Source: Utricularia gibba (Eukaryota > Plantae > Magnoliophyta). From it: 64,000 bases of DNA. The notes beneath the pieces are model-generated. The model was not told the DNA's origin and did no database searches. It was given only the letters and a program-made list of their open reading frames with translations. The stretch lies in assembly GCA_002189035.1 (NCBI GenBank), contig NEEC01000017.1, positions 1,054,001 to 1,118,000 on the forward strand. Direction: 5' to 3'. Position numbers and translations under genes: made by a program. The first letter of the stretch is position 1, and the number at the start of each line of letters is the position of its first letter. This document shows positions 1 through 13,700 of the stretch, in pieces.

Positions 1-541
1 AGGATTCTCTCAAAATTCTTATGATTATCTTACACAATTTCGTATTTAGTAAGTGATTCTTGATGAAATGATTTAATTAATATTTTTAAATTACATATTT
101 TTAGATAAACACTAATTATAATTGAAAATGTGTTCCATAAATACAATTAAAAAAATTAGAAATTATGTGTGTGTTGAAAAATACGTATTTCTAGAGATGC
201 AAACAAAGTACCAAATGATACCTACTTTAGACCCCATAATAACAACAAAATTTGGGAAATTATACCTTCTAAAATTAGCTACATGCTGAACCCTAATTAG
301 GGCACAGGATCGGTGGGAGATTGACACAAATCAAATAAAAAAAAATTAATATATATAAACAAAGTTATTAATTATTAATAATTCCATTTGTACGGCCCAC
401 AAACCACTCTGTGTGGAACAAGGCCTGGCCCACTTGCAGTGTAGTCTTTTTGATTGAAAGAACGCCACCAGAGGTGGAGTTATCACTGTCCAAGTGTTTA
501 GCACGACACATCGTCCATGGGCGAAGCTTAAAGAAACCTTA

Positions 542-2054
542 TCACATTTTCAACCACTTGGGCTTGATCTTCTTCTTGTCGACGGGCTTCTGCTCCGGAA
601 CTACTGCAACTGTCGTTTGTGTCGACGCGCTCGGACTAGATGCAGTCTGTGGCTCGGTTTCCTCTGGGTGAAGGAAAGCTTCCAAGCCTTTCAAAGCCAT
701 GAGATCCTCCTGAAGAAAGGGATCAGTTACTGGGGCTCCATCAGCACCTGAAATGGGTAGCGAATTCATGATGCAACGGTGGCTGAGGAAGTTCGAGAAG
801 ATACAGTGAGGTATCATGATTACCATCCTTTGGAATATCGTATGTGAAATAGACGATTGCACCAGGTACAAATCCGGAAGAGTAGAAGTCCTGGGAAAGA
901 TCCTTTATTTTCTTCTTGGGAGGAGTGGTATCTGAAAATACAAGAGAATCGGGATCCATGTTTAACTTCAAGCGCGGGAATATGAGAGTTGCTATTAGGG
1001 AGTACTCACAGATGTAGAAAGGCAGCTCTGGGTGCAGAATTGCTTTCTTGAGGAGTTCGACTAGACTATTGATCGTCTCAGATGGGTGAAATGAGGCTTC
1101 TAGTGTATGATGATCAGGAAAACGAACTCTGATTGTTGCCTGTTGCAAGGGGATGAGGCAGTTAAGTAACAGATTATCATATTGTGAAATAGGTAACATG
1201 AAAAGAAAGCAGATAAAATAGCTACCTTGGTCATCCGTGCTCTGCGAGCAGCCTCCTCGGCATCCCGGATCTTTTTTGTCTTCAAATGCTTCTCTATAAA
1301 TACTCCACAAGTTAGCACAAGCAATGCAACAACCCCTAGTTCTCTATCATGAAAGATTCAGATCCAGGTAGCATTTGGTAATCCATTTTCAGCAGCAACC
1401 AACACACACACACACGAACGCAGGCATTCTGCCCTTCCATGTCATCAAAGAGAATGACAGTACTCGTTACGGGAAAAAAGCAACTATTCAATACCTTCCT
1501 TCTTAGAAGCCATGAGGCGATAGTAATCTTCAGCTGTGAACTCATAAAAAGCATCCGCTTCCTCTGTAATCAAGTTACAGTTTCAAATTCAATCAATCGA
1601 GAACACTAGAAGCTCCAAGATGAAGTGAAACCAACTTAGCACCCCTAAAAAATACCCATATCCACATCCGCGGAATCGGCGGATGAAGCTGAAGCAGTAG
1701 AAGTTTCAAAAACTCGAATTGCTCGTCCGTACTTGTCTTTTATAGCAGCAATCATTTCCTACCTCCGAAAACAAAAACAACTCAACTTAAATCGAAGCTA
1801 ATCAGACGGAATAAAACACATTCCATGAATGATTCCAATGATGGAGCAATCTCAAATTTCACCAAAAAACTCAAAATCCGTCCAGAGAAAAACAATAAAG
1901 AGTCGATACTTATCTCCAGAGATTCTACCTTTTCCGATTCGCACTCCATTGAAGAAACAGGAACAAATCTAGCGCGCTTCCTATCCGGTGAAGAAGAATC
2001 CCCCTCATCAGATATTTGAATGGATTTCGGTGCCGTACGGCGTGCACCGCTCAC
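542..2054 (-). CDS. PUX1: Plant UBX domain-containing protein 1 (CDC48/p97 regulator), 7 exons
   Basis: The spliced exons give MSGARR..RKRAR..MECESEK|EMIAAIKDKYGRAIRVFETS..|EEADAFYEFTAEDYYRLMASKKE|EKHLKTKKIRDAEEAARRARMTK|ATIRVRFPDHHTLEASFHPSE..PFYI|YTTPPKKKIKDLSQDFYSSGFVPGAIVYF..|..KPKWLKM*. All introns are GT-AG with consistent phases. The UBX motif IRVRFPD and the C-terminal KPKWxKM match Arabidopsis PUX1. Confidence 0.93.
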
Positions 2055-3165
2055 GGGTCAAGAAAACGGGTCAAAACTCGGTGAGGTGAATTGACTGAAT
2101 AGCCCCTTTCTTCTATCCTTGGGGAATAAAAAAACCTCAAAACCGGAAATATTTGGAAGCGAGCCGTATAGCTTCTGTATGGTATGAAGAGGCATGTCTG
2201 CGTCCACTATGGTTCTGAATATAATGAAATGGGTTTAAGGATAAAGATGGCTTCCAATGGGAGAATACTTACTGTGGGTAGTATGAACGCGAAAGCTTGT
2301 TCTTTTTTATGGCGAGATAAGATCTTAAACCTGCTACAGATCATCATCTAACCTCTTCATTTATCGCTTCTGCTTCTTCTGTCTGTGGGTCTTCCACAAT
2401 CCTTGAAGGATACTGTAAAAGTGAAACCTTTCTTGATTTCCGCTCCCATTAAACATTGAAGCTTCTAACTTTTGGCGATGAGGTATTTTGGGTTTTCTTT
2501 GTGGTTGATGGCTTTTGTGGGTGTCTTGATCCAAGGGTATATGGTCTTTAACACCTGCTGTGAATTATTGGGTTTTCGTTTTTTCTTTCAATAGAAACTA
2601 CACATTCTTGCATCTTGTAGGGTGTTTTCAAATGTGGGCTTAGTAGATGTGGCGTTTCTTGCATTTAAACTTGATCTATTGAAGTTGTAAAGCGATCGTT
2701 CCTTGAACTTAGTCTGACTAACTATCATGAAATCTGCTGATTCTTTGGTTTGCTTTTGCAAGCTAGTGACAGGAAGAAAGGAAAAGCGATCGCATTGAAA
2801 ATAATTTGTTGCCAATTTGTTCATGTAGTGGTTTAGTAAAGGCACTGAGAATCCAAAAAAAAAAGAGTAGAACAAACTGTGAATGTTTCAGAGACATGCT
2901 TTTTTTAGCAATGAGTTGTTTTCTTTTGTTTTGCCTAAAGTGGTGTAAGTTAAAGTGCTTCTAGATTCCATGAACTTATGTGGCTTTCATTTTTGGTGTT
3001 ACCCTTTTGTTTCCTCCTCCGACAGATGATAGGTTTGTGGTGCTGATATCTGGAACCGCATCCAGAGTAGCTGTGATCTGCCTGCATCACCTCACTTTTC
3101 CCTCTGGTTTTGGATGCTTCATTTGTGGGTGATGTTGGGTTTACCAGAGTGAGCTTGCCATTGTG

Positions 3166-4760
3166 ATGATCAAAAATATCCTCAATAAGCTCCCTCGGAA
3201 ACAAGGCAAATCAGTTGAGAATCGCAATGAAGTACCATCTACTTCATCTTCTATGGGGTCAAGTACTTTGAACAGCAGCACCATTTCTAGTTCTCGAAGC
3301 ACCACTTTCCATGCTCCAGTTCCTAACGGGAGCATCTTACATGAATCTCTAGATGCAACGGAAGATGGGATTTCAAGACCAATGCCTTATGAGGCTCAGC
3401 CTAATTTCAATGATGTTCCGAGTTCTGAGAGGCAAGCACTGTTTCTCAGAAAGTTGAGTTTGTGCTGCGTGGTATTTGATTTCACTGATCCCACCAAGAA
3501 CTTGAAGGAGAAAGACATTAAGCGGCAGACTCTGATTGAAATTGTTGATTATCTTTCTTCAGCAAGTGAAAAGTTCAATGGCATTGCTTTGGAAGAGTTC
3601 ATCAGAATGGTATCTGTTAACTTGTTTCGGACCCTCTTCTCTCGGCCTCGTGAAAACAAAGTCTTGCAGAGTTTTGATGTAGAAGAAGAAGAACCTCTCG
3701 TAGACCCATCTTGGCCACATTTGCAAATTGTCTATGAATCCCTTTTAACGCTGGTTACTTCCCCTGAAATGGACACAAAGCTGGCGAAACGGTATATCAG
3801 TCGCTCCTTCCTTGTCAGGTTCATAGATCTTTTTGATTCAGAAGATTCAAGAGAAAGGGAGTACCTGAAAACCGTCCTACACCGGATATACGGGAAGTTT
3901 ATGGTCCATCGCCCCTTCATCAGGAAGATGATCAACAACATCTTTTACAGGTTCACTTTTGAAACTGAAAAGTACAATGGGATAGCTGAGCTCTTAGAAA
4001 TCCTGGGAAGCATCATCAATGGCCTTGCTCTTCCCTTGAAGGAAGAGCACAAACTTTTTCTTACAAGGGCCCTCATTCCACTCCACAAACCAAAGTCTGC
4101 ATCCATATACCATCAGCAACTAACTTATTGCATCACTCAGTTTGTGGAGAAAGACTGCAAGCTTGCTGATACAGTCATACGAGGCTTACTCAAGTATTGG
4201 CCGGTTACAAGTAGCACAAAGGAAGTTATGTTCCTGGGCGAGCTTGAGGAGGTTCTTGAAGCAACTCAATCTCCTGAGTTCCTTCGCTGTATGGTTCCTT
4301 TGTTCCATCAGATTGCTCGTTGCCTTCGTAGTTCACATTTTCAGGTTTGTCAGCATCTCAGCATACCCTCCCTCTGCTTGATTCTCTTCCAGGCTTTATA
4401 TTCTGACACTTAATGCTGCTGCAGGTGGCGGAAAGGACTCTCTTTCTATGGAACAACGATCGCGTTGCGAACCTTGTCAAGCAAAACCGCAAACAGATAC
4501 TGCCGATCATCTTCTACTCCCTGGAGAAGAATGCAACAAGCCACTGGAATCAAGGCGTCAGGAGCTTAACTGTCAATGTTCGCAAGATCTTCTCAGACTC
4601 TGATCCAGAGTTGTATGCGGAGTGCTTGCGCAAGTTCCACGAAGATGAAGCACAAAAAGAAAAAGTCGATCGACAACGCGAGGCAACATGGAAACGATTA
4701 GAGGAAATCGCTTCAAGCAATGAAGCTGCAACTCCTCCGGCACAGAAGAAGCTCAGATAG
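3166..4760 (+). CDS. Protein phosphatase 2A regulatory subunit B' (B56 family), 2 coding exons (3166-4344, 4425-4760)
   Basis: B56 motifs are present: [53 protein letters not shown]|[11 protein letters not shown]. Intron 4345-4424 is GT..AG. The isoform cannot be resolved. Confidence 0.96.
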
Positions 4761-5316
4761 GCATTTGCTCACATCATGATGCTACGATTGGATGATCCAG
4801 GAGCTCTAAGCTGCAGTTTTGGGGCAGTTTTGAGGATCTACCGGTGATGCAATTCCCTGGAAGAAGAACGATCGATCCCTTTCGCTCTTGTGGCTACTGG
4901 TCTGGTTGTGCCACGTGTCGCTTTCTCGTGTATTGATTTTGCGGTAGTGATGTTTTAGAACGGTGGAAGGGATGTACGGACACATTAATTCATGTTTATT
5001 ACTAGTATCATTAGCCTAATTAATATATTGATGGATGATTATATTAAATTAATTCTCCTATTGGTCAATTAGTGAATACAAATTACAGAATGGGAATAAG
5101 AGTGCATTTTTTCCACGGAGGAATTCGTTTTCGATGGCGACCTGAATTCAATCATCGTCCCGAATTCCACAATCCGAATCCCGATGAATTTTGTTCTACG
5201 GCAGGTTGGCTGATCTTGGATCTGGATTGAATCGATTTGCTATTGGTTGTTGTCCTGAAACCGTTGAACGATTTGGTGGTTGGGAAGAGTTCCTGGATTT
5301 GATTGTTCCAGGGGAA

Positions 5317-7038
5317 ATGCCGAGCATCGGCGTGAAATTGTATAGCGTGTTTTTCAAGTTTATGCTGAGGCAGCGGTTGCAAAGCCGGTTGCAGGGGTTG
5401 GAGAACGACGCTGTCGGCGGTGGGGGTTCGTTTGGTGTGACATCGAGACCGGAGGAGGAGATGGCGGCGGCTGCGAGGCCGACGTTCACCGACGGAGTCG
5501 CCACCAAGGATATACATATTGATCCTGTGACGTCTCTGTCGATTAGGATTTTTCTACCGGATACTTGTCTTCAGTTACCGGATACTGTGGCGAAGTCCCG
5601 CCTTGAGAAGGTGAATTCCGGATCTGATCGAAATCGTCGCAGCAGTTACGGATCGACGCATGACGGGGTTGTGTCCACCAGCAATGGTGATTCAGTTGTG
5701 ACTCGTGCTGTGGGAATTAATAATACCCGTCGGCGGAGTAGCTATGGGGGTAGCTCTGAGGACGGGATGATTTTGAAAAGCGAAGGTGGGAGTTACAGAG
5801 GGTATAATCCCGTGGGGAACAACTGTCGTAAATTACCAGTGATGTTGCAGTTTCACGGTGGAGGTTTTGTGAGTGGAAGCAATGTTTCAGAAGCAAACGA
5901 CACCTTCTGTAGGCGAATTGCGAAATTGTGTGATGTAATTGTTCTAGCCGTAGGATACAGGTTAGCGCCAGAGAACAAGTACCCTGCAGCATTTGATGAT
6001 GGTCTAAAGGTGCTGCATTGGCTTGCAAAGCAGGCAAATCTTGCTGAATGCGGCAAGTCATTGGTTAGAGGAGGTGGGGCAAGTTTAAGGAGGTCAGAGG
6101 GGAATTGGCATGTTGCAGATGCGTTTGGTGCGTCAATGGTAGAACCTTGGTTGGCTGCTCACGGGAATCCATCAAGGTTGGTTTTTTGTACCATTATTTC
6201 ACTTGATTGGTTTTATGGGCTTGTGTGTGCACTTTACTTCCATCGAAATCGAATGAACTACGTGCCTTATTGTTTTAACAGTATTCAAAGAGAAGAATCT
6301 GTATGCAAGTATGAGCTGATTGAGGCCTTTGGTTTTGTATCAATCCTGAACCTTTGAAAACGTTAAATTCATCTAACATGGCAATGTGATTCATATTCTT
6401 CCAACGGGAAATGCTTCTCTCTTTATAACAGAACTCCACTTTCAGCATGAGTTATGATGATTTGTCTGTTAGCTCTAACAAAAGAACCCCCAAACAGGTG
6501 TGTTCTCCTCGGAGTGAGCTGCGGTGCCAACATTTCCGATTTCTTAACAAGGAAAGCAGTTGAGGCGAGCAAACTCCTGGACCCAGTAAAGGTGGTTGCC
6601 CAAGTCTTGATGTACCCCTTTTTCATGGGGAGTTCCCCGACACACTCAGAGCTAAAACTCTCCAACTCCTACTTCTTCGACAAGCCCATGAGTGTGCTTG
6701 CTTGGAGACTATTCTTACCCGAGGAGGAGTTCGACTTGGATCATCCCGCCGCCAATCCACTCAACCCCGACAGAGGAGGGCCTCCCCTGAAGCAGATGCC
6801 TCCCACACTCACAGTGGTGGCCGAACATGACTGGATGAGGGATCGAGCTATCGCGTACTCAGAAGAGCTCAGGAAGGTGAACGTGGACGCCCCCGTCCTG
6901 GAGTACAAGGATGCGGTTCACGAGTTCGCCACACTGGACATCCTCCTCAAGACACCTCAAGCTTTTGCATGCGCAGAGGACATTGCGATCTGGGTCAAGA
7001 AGTACATCTCCCTGCGAGGCCACGAATTCTCGTATTGA
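5317..7038 (+). CDS. Alpha/beta-hydrolase carboxylesterase, CXE11/CXE16 clade, 2 exons (5317-6176, 6498-7038)
   Basis: The N-terminus is MPSIGVKLYSVFFKF. The oxyanion motif FHGGGFVSGS, nucleophile GVSCG, acid EHDW and His VHEFATLD are all present, and the C-terminus is SLRGHEFSY*. Confidence 0.93.
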
Positions 7039-8214
7039 TTCATTCATGTGGCTTTTGAAGGTGTGTTGTGAGATATGTGGTTTTGGTTGCTGAGCTTTCG
7101 GCGGCTTCAGGAGGCCCTTCATGTGCACAGAGAGACGCCAACAAACATTCATTCTATTGGTCCAAATGGCATGACTTTGCAGTGTCGTTCGGGCGTCAAT
7201 CATGAGGCTACAAGCTAATGTTTTTCCTTGGGGCTAATGAGTATCGAGCTGGCATGAGTGTTTTGAAATTGGGGATTAAATAAGAGATTATATTCAATGG
7301 AACTCAAAAACTTTTAAAAATTCAAAAATTTAAAAACATTAGATTTAAATAATTATTATTGATTTTCTACAATTAATTTATTATACAAAGGATTCAACCT
7401 AAAAACTTTAGTAAATCGAAAAATGATTCGAATCTAATTTTAAAACATTTCGGGGTTATGATGGAATCCTAAACACTATACCTTAGATTAAAGGATGATA
7501 TTCAAGTATATGATGCTTTCATGCATGATTTATTTTTAATGTACATACGATATTTTTCAAATCATGATAATTTATAATATCCATAATATACCATTTCGAA
7601 ACTCGTTTAAAATCTATCATATTGAGTAATAGAGGCGTGATGGTCCAATGAAACTTTGGTGCTCAAAATATGATCTTAGGTTAACTTTTAGGATGAATCA
7701 AATTATAATAGGCATTTCAAGAATTAAACGGGTGATTTACATCAATTAATCGATTTTGTTCATTTTCAATGGTGATTAAATAAATTAGTAAATTAACATG
7801 GTAATTAGTTAATGGTGATAACTCTACTTAGGGAAAGGTTTCCTTTTCCGCATTTCAAGAATTTATCGTAATTAATATGAAATCAAATTCAAATGAAACC
7901 CAAATGAGTTGCTTCGCTGATCTAAATCATCGAAATCCGACTGCTGCGTTGCTCGTGGCTCCGCCTCGGCGGCATAAACGATAAACAACATGTCATGATT
8001 CCCACCTCCGTTGATCCACCTCAAAAGCCAGAATTCTTTTGTTTTTCGAGGGTCCACTTCAATGTCTCTCTGAATCTGAAGCTGAAAACCCCCTTTTTTG
8101 TAAAGTTTGCGGGCTCGCCCCACTTTTAACTTCTCCGGCGACACTGCGGTACCGTTCCAGCTTCGTCTGTTACCAATCACTTCTTGTTCAGGGTTCCAGA
8201 TTTCGCGCCTCCAA

Positions 8215-10421
8215 ATGTATGTCGTGCCTCCAACAAATCGATCAGATCCAGCCGTCAGTGGGTCGGGGGACCTGCGAGTTTATCAGGCTTGGAAAGGAAG
8301 CAATGTTAGTTCCTTTTGTGCCATAAATCCCTGAATTCTGCAAGGACTTTGACCTCTGGGCTTCATCTTTTCGTAATTTTTTTCGCTAAAAGAGATTTGT
8401 GGTCTGGGTTTTTTCTGCTTCCTTTTTATCCTGATTTTTGATGAATCTTCATTAACCTTCTCAATGTATTTCTGTGGGAATTTGTCTATCCTCGGAGTAT
8501 TTCTGTGGGTCGTTTTTCGTAGACAATTGTTTGATTCTTATGGGTGTCGTTGAAAATAATGAATCCCCCTAGCTTGAACATAAACAGTTTTTTTAGTGGA
8601 ATCTGGATGGTGATTTCAAAGCGGTAAACTTGTTCTTTTCCCCAACTTCAGGTTCTACAACCATCTTTTTCTTTTTTTCTTTCTCTGCAAATGAGGGAAG
8701 TATTTTACTACACAGATTGGTTAGATTCAAGACAGAAAATTATTTCGTACTTACTTCACCAGCCTGCTTTCCTTACCGTCATCAAAAGTAAAGGATGATT
8801 GGTTTTTATTTTCACCAGATGGCGTGTCCTTTCCTTTTTTGCAGAAATTTTGTCTTCAAGGAAGGTTGATATTCGGGCCAGATGTGAGGTCATTAGCGCT
8901 CACAGTGTTCCTCATTCTTGCTCCGATGTCCGTGTTTTGTGTATTTGTTGCTAGAAAGCTAATGAATGATTTTCCAAACCATTGGGGAATATCGATCGTT
9001 GTTGCTGCTGCTGTCTTCACATTTTTTGTAAGATTATCTCTCCTTGCCCATTTCTTTGTTGCTGCTGTGTACTTTGTGTCATCTTTTCAAACCACCGCTG
9101 CATCCATGTCTTTCATCCCAAATGCAAAACTCTTTACAATATCTTTTGGTGTTCAAGATTCCATGATCATGCAACACATTATGAAGTTGATGTTCTCACA
9201 TTTGACTGGTAGGATTTGGTCCTCCTCTTGCTAACATCTGGAAGGGACCCTGGGATAATTCCTAGAAATGCCCACCCCCAGAACCTGAAATTTCTGATGG
9301 GAATACTGAAGGAGTTCAAACACCACAGCTGCGGTTGCCTCGTATCAAGGAGGTAGTGGTGAATGGCACTACTGTAAAGGTTAAGTACTGCGATACATGC
9401 ATGCTCTATCGGCCTCCCCGTTGCTCTCACTGCTCAATATGCAACAACTGTGTTGAAAAATTTGATCATCACTGCCCCTGGGTTGGCCAGTGCATTGGAC
9501 TGGTAAGATTCTTGTACTCTTATCATACTTTTGTAACTGATTTTTCTAAACCTTTTGTGGTGTGTTATGCAGAGGAACTACCGGTTTTTTTTCATGTTTG
9601 TCTTCTCAACAACTCTGCTCTGTGTGTACGTCTTTGGTTTCTGCTGGGTTTATATTACAAGGATCATGGATTCACACAGAATATCTGTATGGAGAGCAAT
9701 GATCCAGACACCTGCTTCAATTGTCTTGATCATCTACACGTTTATCGCTGTTTGGTTCGTTGGTGGCCTTACAGGATTCCATCTTTATCTCATCTCTAGA
9801 AATCAGGTAACTGCTGGAGGTCTCATGAAGAGGAAACAACTACCTCATTCTTGGCCCTTGGCCATATGATATTATGCAAATGTGCTTTTCTTGGTGACAT
9901 AAACTTCTTGATACTTCTTGCAGACAACTTATGAAAATTTCAGATACAGATACGATCAGCGTGCGAATCCGTATAACAAGGGAATGGTGGAGAATTTCAA
10001 GGACATATTCTGCAGTCAGATACCTCCATCCAAGAACAAGTTCACAGCTAAAGTGCCAAGGGAGACGAGCTTACCAGCTCGAGCTGTAGCTGGAGGCTTT
10101 GTGAGCCCCAGCATGAGCAAAGCTGTGGAAGACATTGAAGCGGGGAGAAAAGCAGTATGGGGTGATGTGAATTCTGTTCTGGATCAACTGAGTAGCCTGG
10201 ATAACAAGGATAGTATCAGTGGCTTAGCTGATGTATCACCGGAGACGACGAGGACCACAGTAGATGAAACCGATCGAATACACGCCCGGCGAGCAAGCTG
10301 GGGAAGAAGACGAAGTGGGAACTGGGAGATGTCACCTGAAGTCATGACAATGGCATCGAGAATGGGAGGAGAAGGTGGAAGTTCTGGAACCAGACCCTCC
10401 GATCGGCGGCTCTCAGGGTAA
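8215..10421 (+). CDS. DHHC protein S-acyltransferase (PAT7-like), 5 exons, with one apparent 1-bp deletion
   Basis: Exons are 8215-8304, 8845-9027, 9213-9502, 9573-9806 and 9924-10421. Motifs: [10 protein letters not shown]|[66 protein letters not shown]|[11 protein letters not shown]. The frame slips at the C-run 9275-9279. Confidence 0.93.
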
Positions 10422-10766
10422 ATAAAAGCCTGAAGGTACCCTCTGGGATAGTCCATTTGTTGTTGTGGTTATTGTGTTTCAGAAGGATTGCTGCTGCTGC
10501 TTGGTATGTGTGTAAAGTGGATTCAGGATTGGGTTCATTAACCTCAAAACTTGCTGTCTAGTGTACTTATTCTTCAGTTGGGTTCATCCATCCATCCATC
10601 ATCTAGAAGGCTCTTTTCCAAATTTCCAAGACCAACAATCTGATGATGTACAAAAATGAACAGGCAACAACGCATTGATATTCAACATGCATATGTTAAG
10701 CTAGAAACAGAACTCTTGCAGCATCACATGGAAAAGTGATTTCGCACTTGTGTGCTGCACAGTGCA

Positions 10767-13700
10767 TCAAGAAGAACCAGAAAGAGAAGACGAACCAGTA
10801 GAGGCTTGGCTAGCTTTCAGTACGACCTCCTCCGTGGTCATTCCTATGATTTCGTTCGCGCGCTTTAGGGGAACGGAGTAATACCTTCCAATGGTGTCCT
10901 GGCATTCATTACATACGGTGTTAAAAAGCTTGGCTAATCGCTCATGCAGTGTTGAAAGAGGGGTGATGGTGAATAGCACTAGTTTTGAGCTCACCCGACA
11001 AACGATGCCTAGTTTCTCCAGTTTCTGAACTGCATCATCAACATCAAAGTTGCATTGTACACCAAACTCTTCTTGTATAAGTTCCTCACATTGCTTGTCA
11101 AGGTCCTGGGTTGAGTGACTAAAAGATGTTACTTCTCGGTCAACAATATGAAAAGATACCTCATTCGAACCAACATAGGAAGCCAATTCATACCTCCAAA
11201 GTTGCTTTACCTTGTTCCATCAATATGAAAAATGAAATTATGACCTCCTTTACCTGCACTTGGGCAATAGATACATAAAGCCTACGCAAGTGAAAAGCAT
11301 TCAAAGCATAGAGAGATTAACAAGTCATGATATGGTATCGATCTTTCCTTATGGGTCAAGATCAAACTAGTACTGTGGTTTTAATTGACTACAGTATTGC
11401 ATAAAAAGAATCTGAAATAAATACTGCACTCAAGTTCTCTGTACGAAAATCCATGGTTCATCAACGGAAGCATGACCAACAATAAGTTTAATTTGAAACA
11501 TTACTGAATGTTCAGCTAACCTCTTGTTGGATTACATCATCGCACATGTGAAGAAGTGTTCCCTTCCCACTATCTAACTGCTTATCGTACATTGACTTGG
11601 TGATTAGATTTTGATAGGCCGCCATATTCTGCTGAAACCTGGTAACCCAAAACATCAGGTAAACTTAAATGATGGGTATTTCAATCGATCCAAAGGGCAG
11701 TATTTCATTGAAGATATCTTACGTGAAGTATATCTTAGCACAATAGCCAATCACAGTTGAAAGAATAGCAAATATGACCCAGAGGTCAGCGTTAGGCATT
11801 TCAATGGATCCTGCAACGGCAACCTGAAAAGAGTTACAAAGATTTGTGAACATAAAGTGATTTAGTAGATCCAATGTTTGAATAATAAAGAGACAAACCA
11901 GTCCAACAACTGCAGATATAAGAAATTTAACCCAGTCCATTGGAGTTAAACTAGGATTTTTCTTCTCTGGCTGTTGAAAACAGGGAAGGTCCGAAGGTGA
12001 TTAGTCATGAGTTAAAATACATAGTGCAAATTCTAAAATTATTTTAGGGAAGCTACAAATCTACTAGAATGTAGGACTCACAAGGACAATTTCCATATCA
12101 GCCATAGGGATGTTTTTGAAATGCTTTACAAATATTCCTCTGTCTGGTTTGGCTTTGGAACTTGCTCGTCTGCAAGATGATTTTAATAAAAATGGTTTAA
12201 ATATTCCAAGAAATATCATTGTGATTGAAATGCACATTCCGTTTGGTTCCTCTGTTGGTCAAGTTGTCTGTGGATCATGAACTTGATCCAAGACTTGAGA
12301 GCAATTGAAGGGACCAAAGAAATTGTTGTAGACCCCTAGTAATTAGGTACGTGAACATAGACAAGTGGCATGCAAGGGTAAGCAAACAATAAAGCTGAAG
12401 TTGAAGATCCTCAGGCATCATGCTAATCCTTCTTAACAACAGTATTGTACTTGGATAATTTTAGGAAAAAAATTCAGAAAGGGGTTTACACTGAATGAGA
12501 ACCTGTTATGATCTCTAAGTTTAGGGAAGGAATATGCTTTTCAGATCACATAATAATGAATTTTACTGATCATATTACAAAACAGCATACCTGTAGATGA
12601 CAATGATTCGATCAAAAGTGGGTTCCTGAATTGTAATTTTGCTAAAAAGATTGTGGAAACTGCAAAACATAGAAACAAGATAATATATTAGGGAACGAAA
12701 TGCTTTTTAATATTTTTACTAGCCTTCAGCCAACGGACGATTTTTTAGTATTAAGAATCTGAAATTTTATACATTAAAAATGTTAATTCATCGAATCTAA
12801 AATATAAAAAATGGTTTCCCCGACACAGTGTAAAAAATATAATGTAGCAACAACCTGAGTTCCAAGTTCTCAAGGTGAATCCGCTCAATGCTTAATTCAG
12901 AGCTATGTGATTCAGAGGTGATTTCATCAGATTCCCTTTTTTCCTTCTTAGATTTTGTTGGCCTCCTAGACAAAACCCTCTCCAACCTGTAAATAGGAGA
13001 AAATGCATTGAAGAGTTTATAGATCAAATGTGCATAACGAGGAAACTACATTTTTTACATCCCAAACCACAAACATTCACGTCAGATACATTAAAAAAAT
13101 AAAGAATCTCCTCACTTGCCTCGTTTTCTTCAAAAACCATGACCAAAAGCGTCCAATCATAGCATCAACTTTCTCCATGAAAAAATAATCAGTTGTCTTA
13201 TCAATGCCAATGCCACGCCGGAAGATTATATACTGAAAAAGGGAAAGGGGAAATTTCTGGCTTTCAGAAGAGATTATCTAAAACAAGCAAATTTATAGCT
13301 CACAGTTAATGAATGCAAAGAAAGTAACCAACTGAGAAGTATACCTTGTCAGCAAAATCTGGAAGATCCCCATGAGGATGAGATTCAAAGTAGCCCCTCA
13401 AAAGCTTTTTATCAAGCTGCAGTTACATATATAGTTTTTAGAATAAATGGGCACCACATTTGTTTAGAGTATAAGACGCAATTCAACACTGAACCTTTGT
13501 TTCATCAACTACGATCGGAAGATTTAGGAGATACTGCCCTGATTGTGCAACCTCAACCTCTTCATCCGTTACTATTTTGAAATTACTCTTTTGCATAATC
13601 TGTCCAAAGAAAAAGGAAGACGTCTACTCAAAGGAAACAGAAAAGCCCTAGAGTGGACTTTCATTTCTTCTACACTCTAATCAGCATGAGGATCCACTGA

